DNA of 45,947 nucleotides from an uncultured Bacilli bacterium (GTDB taxonomy: Bacteria > Bacillota_I > Bacilli_A > RF39 > UBA660), in NCBI GenBank assembly GCA_944331865.1, contig CALVIZ010000004.1, positions 1-45,947 on the forward strand. The letters run 5' to 3'. How positions within the stretch are numbered: the stretch's first letter is position 1; the number at the start of each line of letters is the position of its first letter. A program made the translations under genes and the position numbers. Under the pieces are notes generated by a model. That model ran no database searches. It saw nothing but the letters and a program-made list of their open reading frames with translations, and was not told where the DNA came from. This document shows positions 38,980 through 45,947 of this stretch, piece after piece.

Positions 38980-39420
38980 TTATGCCCTTCCTCTACCAGA
39001 AACTTCTGATTGAGTTCTCCAATTTTTAATTTGTTCTAATACTAAATTATAATCTAAATAAAAGTCTTTTTCTAACATACTTTGTTTGTTTTTTATTCTT
39101 TCTTCTAATTTTGTTAATATAGCAAAATATATTGGTTTGTCTACATATTCTTGCTTTTTAACTTGAATCATAGTAAGAATTGTACTCTTATCTCTTTTTT
39201 CGTTTTCATACATAGCTAATGTAAGTATAAATTTTTCTAAATCTGATAAATTAGAACCATAAATTTGATTTGCTGTAACTCCATCTTCATAATAAATACC
39301 TCTTAATAGTTGAGTTGCACTTGGTTGTTCTGTTACATAATAATCAGAAATATCACTTGGTGCTATTACTTTATAAGATATTTTGCTTTCGTTAATATCC
39401 ACCAAAATCCCTCCCTTCAT
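38980..39420 (-). CDS. Hypothetical protein
   Basis: Long ORF. The real start is probably the GTG (VDINE) after AAGGGAGG. Confidence 0.65.
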   Translation of the reverse strand: MKGGILVDINESKISYKVIAPSDISDYYVTEQPSATQLLRGIYYEDGVTANQIYGSNLSDLEKFILTLAMYENEKRDKSTILTMIQVKKQEYVDKPIYFAILTKLEERIKNKQSMLEKDFYLDYNLVLEQIKNWRTQSEVSGRGRA

Positions 39421-39495
39421 AAATAATGTTTCCTATTATATACCAATTTTTAAAAAAATGCAAATAAAATTTTTTCTTTAACACTTTTTTTATAT

Positions 39496-40332
39496 TTAAA
39501 ATGGTAAGTCATCTAATTTAATATCAGATAAATTAATATTAGAAAAGCCAGAAAAAAAATTGGATTTTTCTTTGTTTTTTTCAGAATATTTTTTGCTTTC
39601 TTTTATAATTTCAAATATTTCATCCCCATATTCAGCATACTTTTTAGGACCAATTCCAGATACTAATTTTAAGTCTTCTTTTCTTTGAATATTTGCTAAT
39701 ATTATATTAATTAGTTCTTTATTGGTAAAAACAATATAAGCATTGTAATACTTCTTTTCTTTAGTTTTTTCCCAACGCCATTTTCTTAATTCTTCAAATA
39801 ATTCTTTTTCTTCTTTATTTAAATCTTCTTTTGATGATATCATTTTTGATTTATTTAAATATAATTTGTTTAATGTTTTAAATAATTCTTTTACTTTAGG
39901 GTTATTTAATAAATGTTTGTCACTTAGAACTTCCCCAGTAAATGGATCATATCCATTACTTAATCCATCCAATATTTCTTCTTCAGTTATTTCTCTATTT
40001 ATATTTAGTTCTTCTGGTTCAATTATTTTTTCTTCTAGTTCATCTATTACTTGATTTAAAAAATCTATTTCTGAATATGTATGATTTTTTTTGTTCCAAT
40101 TTTCTTTTATTAAATTATATACTTCTATAATTTTTTCTCTATTATTTTTCAAATTATAATTAAAATATGAGATTGGAAAATTAAACTTTTTTGCAACTAA
40201 TTCTCGCGAATTAAATGTCATTACATTGCTGTTTTGCACCCAAGCATTTATTGATGCTCTAGATACTCCTATATATTCCGCTAGCTCCCCTTGACTCATT
40301 CTAGTAGCTCTTAGTATTATTTCTATTATCAT
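39496..40332 (-). CDS. XRE-type HTH plus HRDC domain protein
   Basis: MSQGELAEYIGVSRASINAW (HTH); LFEELRKWR...AYIVFTNKEL...VSGIGPKKYAEYG (HRDC). Confidence 0.85.
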   Translation of the reverse strand: MIIEIILRATRMSQGELAEYIGVSRASINAWVQNSNVMTFNSRELVAKKFNFPISYFNYNLKNNREKIIEVYNLIKENWNKKNHTYSEIDFLNQVIDELEEKIIEPEELNINREITEEEILDGLSNGYDPFTGEVLSDKHLLNNPKVKELFKTLNKLYLNKSKMISSKEDLNKEEKELFEELRKWRWEKTKEKKYYNAYIVFTNKELINIILANIQRKEDLKLVSGIGPKKYAEYGDEIFEIIKESKKYSEKNKEKSNFFSGFSNINLSDIKLDDLPF

Positions 40333-40360
40333 AATATCTCCTTTTAATTTATATTTTCTT

Positions 40361-40696
40361 TTAAGATAAATTAATATCTTTTTTTAAATTTATATTATAT
40401 TGACTAATTTCGTTATAAATATTTATATTATTTACTACTGTTATAATTGTTCTTTCTGTAGATACAATATATTTTGTACAAGTGTTATTATCTTTTAAAT
40501 CTGTATATATTGCTTTATATCCTTTAAAATATGAACAACCAAAATTATTATCTAAATCTTTTTTTATCTTATTTATAACTTTATTTTTATTTTTTGCTTT
40601 TTGCTTTTTATTTAATTTAATGTTTTGTGATAAAATTAATCTTTCTATTATTCTGTTAAATGCATGATTAGATAAAAAATAATTATTAACTCGCAT
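40361..40696 (-). CDS. Small basic protein, DUF4258-like (SNHAFNRIIER)
   Basis: HA-x-x-R-x-x-ER N-terminal motif and IITV C-terminal strand. GGGGAGG RBS. Confidence 0.55.
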   Translation of the reverse strand: MRVNNYFLSNHAFNRIIERLILSQNIKLNKKQKAKNKNKVINKIKKDLDNNFGCSYFKGYKAIYTDLKDNNTCTKYIVSTERTIITVVNNINIYNEISQYNINLKKDINLS

Positions 40697-40719
40697 AAAT
40701 AACCTCCCCTTGGGGATGT

Positions 40720-40747
40720 ATTATAACAGTTTTTGACAGTTTGTCAA
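40720..40747 (-). promoter_or_regulatory. sigma-A promoter with an overlapping operator-like repeat
   Basis: TTGACA-16-TATAAT with extended TG. TTGACA-3-TGTCAA palindrome (40733-40747) and AAACTGT direct repeat. Confidence 0.7.
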
Positions 40748-40814
40748 GTATTTTTTTAAAAAGTAGACTTGTTAATAGATCGGTATATTGTTTATTTACT
40801 TTCATATAAAAAGG

Positions 40815-41585
40815 TTATTGATTTTTTTCAATAACCATTTTTGTATATAGTTTTTTTACATTGTTTGTTGTAATTGTTGCTACTTCATCTAATGTAATAT
40901 CGAAAACATCTGCAATGAATTCTGCTATGTCTAAAATATATTTTGGAGAATTTTGTTTACCTCTATTTGGAACAGGAGTTAAGTAAGGTGCATCTGTTTC
41001 TAATATAATATTTTCTAAACCTATGTTTTTAATTATTTCTTTTAAATTGCAATTTTTAAATGTTATTACGCCATTAATTCCTAATAAAAATCCCATTTTT
41101 ATGAATAGTTTGGCAACTTCTAAACTGCCCGAAAATGAATGAATAACACCTGTTACTTGATATTTTTTTAAAATATTTATTGTATCTTCTGTGGCTTCTC
41201 TAGAATGAACTATCACTGGTAATTTATTTTCTTCTGCTATCATTAATTGCTTTGCAAATAATTCTTTTTGTTTTTCTTTGTTATCCTTAGAATAATGATA
41301 GTCTAATCCTATCTCACCAATAGCAACGATTTTGGCATTATCTATATTGTTTTTTATATATTCTATGTCTTCTAAACTATAGTTTTCTACTTCTTCAGGA
41401 TGAATGCCTATTGCCCCATATACATTTTGATACTTATCTATGGATTTTATTACTTCTTTATTGCTATTTTTTTCACATCCATTATTTATTAAATAATACA
41501 CTTTGTTTTCTTTAGCTTCTTTTATTACCTTATCTATATCTTTATAATACTCTTTATATAAATGCAAATGAGTATCTATTAGCAT
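40815..41585 (-). CDS. tatD: TatD family DNase
   Basis: IDTHLH, GIHP, IGEIGLDY, HSRE and ETDAPYL. Confidence 0.96.
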   Translation of the reverse strand: MLIDTHLHLYKEYYKDIDKVIKEAKENKVYYLINNGCEKNSNKEVIKSIDKYQNVYGAIGIHPEEVENYSLEDIEYIKNNIDNAKIVAIGEIGLDYHYSKDNKEKQKELFAKQLMIAEENKLPVIVHSREATEDTINILKKYQVTGVIHSFSGSLEVAKLFIKMGFLLGINGVITFKNCNLKEIIKNIGLENIILETDAPYLTPVPNRGKQNSPKYILDIAEFIADVFDITLDEVATITTNNVKKLYTKMVIEKNQ

Positions 41586-43108
41586 TATTTAACCTCTATT
41601 CTATCAAATAAATGTGTTGCTTCGCTTAGATTATAACTATTGTCTTCATTAAATGATTTATTATTATTATCTTTTTTGTCTGTATTTAGTGTTTTAAATA
41701 TCTTAGATGCTGTGTCTGGTAAATATGCTTGTAAATATACTGTTGCTACTCTAATTGATTCAAGTAAATTGTATAATACTGTTTCAAGTCTATCCTTTTT
41801 GTCTTCTTCTTTTGCTAATACCCATGGAGTTGATTCATCTATATATTTATTGCATTTTCTAAATATTTCAAATAATTCATCAAGTGCTTCATTTATTTTT
41901 AAACCATCCATTTTTTCAATTAGTACTTTATCTAAATTGTTAACAACTTCTTTTAATTCATTATCATAGTTTTCTGATATTTTTTTATTTTCTATTTTAC
42001 CATTAAAATATTTATGCGCCATTGAAACTGTTCTGTTAACTAAATTTCCTAAATTGTTTACTAAATCAGCATTTGTGCGATTTATTAATGCTTCTTCAGA
42101 AAATGTACCATCCGCTCCGAAAGGAACTTCTCTTAAGACAAAATACCTTACAGCATCTATTCCATAAGAACTAATATATTCCCTTGGATCTTTATAATTT
42201 CCTAATGATTTAGATATCTTACCACCATTTATTACTAACCATCCATGACCGAATACTTGTTTTGGTGTATCTATTCCTAATGCCATAAGTAACGCCGGCC
42301 AAATAATTGCATGAAATCTAGTTATTTCTTTTCCTACTAAATGAATGTCCGCTGGCCAATATTTTTTGAATAATTCAGAATCTTTATTTGGATATCCTAA
42401 GCTTGTTATGTAATTAGATAATGCATCTATCCAAACATATATTACATGTTTAGGATCAAAGTCAACAGGTATACCCCATTTAACTGATGTTCTAGATACA
42501 CATAAATCTTCTAATCCCGGTTTTATAAAATTGTTTACTAATTCATTTTTTCTTGATATTGGTAAAATAAAATTTGAATTTTTTTCGTATAAATCTAATA
42601 ATTTATCTTGATATTTTGATAATTTAAAAAAATATGCTTCTTCAGTTACTTCTTTTACTTCTCTTCCACAATCAGGGCATTTACCATCAATAAGTTGGGT
42701 TTCTGTCCAAAATGATTCACATGGTACACAATAAAGTCCTTTGTATTTTCCTTTGTATATGTCACCTTGATTGTATAGTTGTTTAAATATTGCTTGAACA
42801 CTTTTTTTGTGAGATTCATCTGTTGTTCTTATAAAATAATCATATGATATGTCTAAAGATTGCCATAAATCTTTTGCATTTTCTATTATTTTATCTACAT
42901 ATTCTTTTGGGGTTACTCCTGCTTCTGCAGCCTTTTGGGCTATTTTAGCTCCATGTTCATCTGTTCCTGTTTGAAAAAATACATCATATCCTAGTAATCT
43001 TTTAAATCTTGCTATGGCATCTGCTGCAATTGTTGTGTAACAATGTCCTATATGAAAGTTGGCACTAGGATAATATATTGGTGTTGTTATATAAAATTTT
43101 TTATTCAT
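41585..43108 (-). CDS. metG: Methionine--tRNA ligase (short form, no C-terminal tRNA-binding domain)
   Basis: ITTPIYYP, HIGH, GTDEHG, YVWIDAL and KISKS. The start is placed at MNKKF. Confidence 0.97.
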   Translation of the reverse strand: MNKKFYITTPIYYPSANFHIGHCYTTIAADAIARFKRLLGYDVFFQTGTDEHGAKIAQKAAEAGVTPKEYVDKIIENAKDLWQSLDISYDYFIRTTDESHKKSVQAIFKQLYNQGDIYKGKYKGLYCVPCESFWTETQLIDGKCPDCGREVKEVTEEAYFFKLSKYQDKLLDLYEKNSNFILPISRKNELVNNFIKPGLEDLCVSRTSVKWGIPVDFDPKHVIYVWIDALSNYITSLGYPNKDSELFKKYWPADIHLVGKEITRFHAIIWPALLMALGIDTPKQVFGHGWLVINGGKISKSLGNYKDPREYISSYGIDAVRYFVLREVPFGADGTFSEEALINRTNADLVNNLGNLVNRTVSMAHKYFNGKIENKKISENYDNELKEVVNNLDKVLIEKMDGLKINEALDELFEIFRKCNKYIDESTPWVLAKEEDKKDRLETVLYNLLESIRVATVYLQAYLPDTASKIFKTLNTDKKDNNNKSFNEDNSYNLSEATHLFDRIEVK

Positions 43109-43595
43109 TTTCATCATCCTTTCTTTTATTTGTACTGCCTAATCCCCCTTTACGGATTTCACTAGCAGTATCATCATCACTTATTAAATATTTTATAAAT
43201 ATTCCTTGGGCAAAAGCTTCACCTTTTTTTATCACAAAGTCTTTGTCTCCTTCATTTTGTAATGATACAAAAAAGTGGCCTTCATTATCTATATTATTAT
43301 AAAAATCACTATCAATTACTCCAACTTGATTGGTAAGTCTTACATTGTATTTAAAACCCATACTACTTCTAACTACTATTAATAATACTTCATCATAATG
43401 CATTCGTACCTTTAATCCTGTTGGTATCTTTAGTATTTCTTTTGGCTTTATTATATAATCTTTAATTGCTAAAAGATCATATCCAGCACTGTTTTTGCTA
43501 GCCCTTTTTGGTAATAAATATTCTTCGTATAATTTCTTGTCATCACCAAAACTTTTTTTAAATTCTTCAAAGCTAATTTTTTCAAATCCTCGCAT
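43101..43595 (-). CDS. dut: Trimeric dUTPase
   Basis: SAGYDL, RSS, GVIDSDFY, AQGIF and RKGGLGST. Start is ATG 43595 after GGAGG. Confidence 0.93.
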   Translation of the reverse strand: MRGFEKISFEEFKKSFGDDKKLYEEYLLPKRASKNSAGYDLLAIKDYIIKPKEILKIPTGLKVRMHYDEVLLIVVRSSMGFKYNVRLTNQVGVIDSDFYNNIDNEGHFFVSLQNEGDKDFVIKKGEAFAQGIFIKYLISDDDTASEIRKGGLGSTNKRKDDENE

Positions 43596-43600
43596 ACTTA

Positions 43601-43796
43601 CCTCCAAAAAAAAATCATAAATTAAAGGACGAGTAAGACCCGCGGTACCACCTTAATTCATGATTACATGCACTTTAATTGATAACGGAATATCCCGATT
43701 TTGACTCCAGAGCCATCTTCAATATGTTTAATTATTCTTTTCCACCTAACAAGAACTCTCTATTAATCTTGCATATTTACTCTTTCCTTCTTCGCC
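43601..43796 (-). promoter_or_regulatory. T-box riboswitch, Met (AUG) specifier
   Basis: Stem I AGAGAG/GGTGGAA motifs, specifier GAAG-ATG-G (43714-43716), CCGTTATC stem IIA/B motif and T-box AGGTGGTACCGCG (43641-43653). Confidence 0.9.
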
Positions 43797-43912
43797 AAAC
43801 TGATTTTAGTTTATCATATATTTTAGTTTCAAGCAAGTATTCTTATTTTTTTTCAGTAAAATATCTATAATTTTATATTAATTGACCATAATAATGTTTA
43901 GGTGATATAAAT

Positions 43913-45868
43913 TTGAAAAAGATTCGTTTTCTTTTTAAATTAATGCTTTTTTTGTTTATATCTTTTGTAATTAGTATTATTGGACTTTATACCTATGCAT
44001 ATCTAAGTCCAAAACTTGATATCAAAACTAGTGGTAGTTTATATTTGTATGATAATAATAATGAGTTGGTTTATCAAGGGTCTCGAAATAATGAATGGGC
44101 AAATTTAGAAGATATAAGCTCTTATTTAATTGATGCTACCATTGCTGTTGAAGATAAAAACTTTTATAAACATCATGGATTTGATTATCTAAGAATTGCA
44201 AAAGCTATGTATCTAAATATTAAAAATGGTTATATTGTTCAAGGAGCTTCTACTATTTCTCAACAATATATTAAAAATTTGTATTTGGATTTTGATCAAA
44301 CTTGGAAAAGAAAAATCGAAGAAGCTTTTTTAACTTTAGAATTAGAAGTGCATTATGATAAAGATGATATCTTGGAAGGTTATTTAAATACAATTAATTA
44401 TGGCCAAGGAAATATGGGTATTGTTAATGCCGCAGCTTATTATTTTAATAAAAAACCTAGTGAGCTTTCTTTAGAAGAAGCTATCATGCTGGCTGGTATT
44501 TCTAAAAATCCTTCTCATTATAATCCCGTTAGTGATTATGATGCTTGTATTAGTAGAGCTAAAATTGTTGCTAATGCTATGCTTAGTAATGATTATATTG
44601 ATGAAGATACTTATAATAATTTGTTTCAAGATAAAATTGATATTTATGGTCAAAGCAAAACTAATAATTTACAAATGCTTATGTATTATCAAGATGCTGT
44701 ATTAGATGAACTTTCTACTATTTCTTCTATTCCTGAATCTTTAATTGATGCTGGAGGTTTAAAAATATATACTACTTTAGATATCGATATGCAAACTAAT
44801 CTAGAAAATAATATTTTAGAAAATAAAGTTGATGATGAAATTCAAGTGGCTAGTGTGGTTGTCGATCCAAATACCGGGGCTATCAGAGCCTTAACTGGTG
44901 GAATGGATTATGCTAAAAGTCAATATAATAGAGCTGTTGATAGCAAAAGACAAGTTGGCTCTACTATGAAACCTTTTCTTTACTATGCTGCTCTTGAAAA
45001 TAATATGACTATGTCCTCTACTTTTTCAAGCGTTCCTACTACTTTTAATCTTTCTAATGGGCAAAATTATTCGCCCCAAAATGCTGATAAGTTATATGCT
45101 GATAAAGAAATTACTATGGCTGCTGCTTTGGCTTTGTCTGATAATATTTATGCTGTAAAAACTAATCTGTTCTTGGGAGTCGATAAAATGATTGAAGTTG
45201 CTCATCGTACTGGAATACAAGCAGATTTAGATGAAGTTGCTTCTCTACCCCTAGGAACTAGTGAGATCAATTTAATAGATTTTGCTACTGGTTATACAAC
45301 TTTTGCTACTGGTGGTTATCAAAAAGAATTGTATTTTATTGAAAAAATAGAAGACTTAAATGGCAATGTTTTGTATGAACATAAAGATGAAAAAAAATTG
45401 GTATTAAATCCTAATTATACTTATATTTTAAATGAAATTATGAATACTACTAGTAATGATGCTTTTGTTGATTATACTACTCCAACTGCATTAACTATTG
45501 CTTCTCAATTTACAAATAAATATGCAATTAAAACTGGTTCAACTAATACAGACTTTTGGATTGTTGGTTATAATAAAGATGCTTTAGTAATGACTTGGAT
45601 GGGATATGATGATAATAAAATTATTACTTCTAAAGTACGTACTAATTCAAAAAAAGCGTGGGTTAAAACCATTGAATACGCTTTAAAAGGTATTGATACA
45701 AGTTGGTATGAAACACCTAAAAATATTGTTGCTATCCCACTTGATGCTATTACTGGACAAGTTAGCACTGATAATAATAAAGTTGCTTTATATTATTATG
45801 TTAAAGGAACTGAACCAAATATCTCAAATGAACAATATGTTATTAGCGAAGAAAAAAACACTGGATAA
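43913..45868 (+). CDS. Class A penicillin-binding protein (PbpG/YwhE-like)
   Basis: Transglycosylase motifs EDKNFYKHHG, GASTISQQ and RKIEE; transpeptidase motifs STMK, SDN and KTG. Confidence 0.93.
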   Translation: MKKIRFLFKLMLFLFISFVISIIGLYTYAYLSPKLDIKTSGSLYLYDNNNELVYQGSRNNEWANLEDISSYLIDATIAVEDKNFYKHHGFDYLRIAKAMYLNIKNGYIVQGASTISQQYIKNLYLDFDQTWKRKIEEAFLTLELEVHYDKDDILEGYLNTINYGQGNMGIVNAAAYYFNKKPSELSLEEAIMLAGISKNPSHYNPVSDYDACISRAKIVANAMLSNDYIDEDTYNNLFQDKIDIYGQSKTNNLQMLMYYQDAVLDELSTISSIPESLIDAGGLKIYTTLDIDMQTNLENNILENKVDDEIQVASVVVDPNTGAIRALTGGMDYAKSQYNRAVDSKRQVGSTMKPFLYYAALENNMTMSSTFSSVPTTFNLSNGQNYSPQNADKLYADKEITMAAALALSDNIYAVKTNLFLGVDKMIEVAHRTGIQADLDEVASLPLGTSEINLIDFATGYTTFATGGYQKELYFIEKIEDLNGNVLYEHKDEKKLVLNPNYTYILNEIMNTTSNDAFVDYTTPTALTIASQFTNKYAIKTGSTNTDFWIVGYNKDALVMTWMGYDDNKIITSKVRTNSKKAWVKTIEYALKGIDTSWYETPKNIVAIPLDAITGQVSTDNNKVALYYYVKGTEPNISNEQYVISEEKNTG

Positions 45869-45871
45869 AGT

Positions 45872-45947
45872 TGATGTGAACCCTAATCGGTAGACATCTA
45901 AAAAAACACATTTTAAAAATCAAGGGCGAACGAAGTGAGTTCATCTA
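45872..45947. mobile_element. Possible terminal inverted repeat of an IS3-family element (truncated by the window)
   Basis: TGATGTGAACCCTAATCGGTAGACA resembles TG-initiated IS3/IS150-type ends. No transposase is visible. Confidence 0.4.

Noticed and set aside
42220-42250. MetRS KISKS in place of KMSKS as a sign of inactivation
   Set aside because: It is a conservative variant, the catalytic second Lys and HIGH motif are intact, and the gene is full length.
43679-43870. 63-aa plus-strand ORF
   Set aside because: It is antisense to the T-box leader and has no RBS.
1718-45893. Many short hydrophobic or Ser-rich ORFs opposite long genes (e.g. 14063-14530, 17251-17613, 33351-33740)
   Set aside because: They are antisense shadows typical of AT-rich coding DNA, with no motifs or RBS.

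Overview
AT-rich, low-GC Bacilli chromosome segment. The 16S signature and gene style suggest the uncultured RF39-like lineage, which is an inference. The window starts inside a 16S rRNA gene and ends at a probable IS3-type end. Most genes are on the minus strand and are housekeeping or sporulation genes: metG, tatD, rsmA, yabG, veg, spoVG, yabPQ, divIC, clpP, gap/pgk/tpi/gpmI, spo0A, rnr, smpB and cdaA/cdaR. The main find is that the mother-cell sporulation gene ydcC/ssdC is split by a 4,701-bp element. The element carries a large serine recombinase, an unannotated 50-aa ORF, a Bro-N gene and an ABC exporter. Its ends form a 16-bp inverted repeat (15/16 match) around a shared GT crossover core, and excision would restore a 347-aa in-frame gene, like a skin-type developmental excision element in a new target. 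Other finds are a 61%-GC segment resembling a diversity-generating-retroelement variable repeat in a secreted-protein locus between gap and pgk, a Met T-box that leads into dut and lacks a normal terminator, and an isolated 42-bp MurA active-site fragment.
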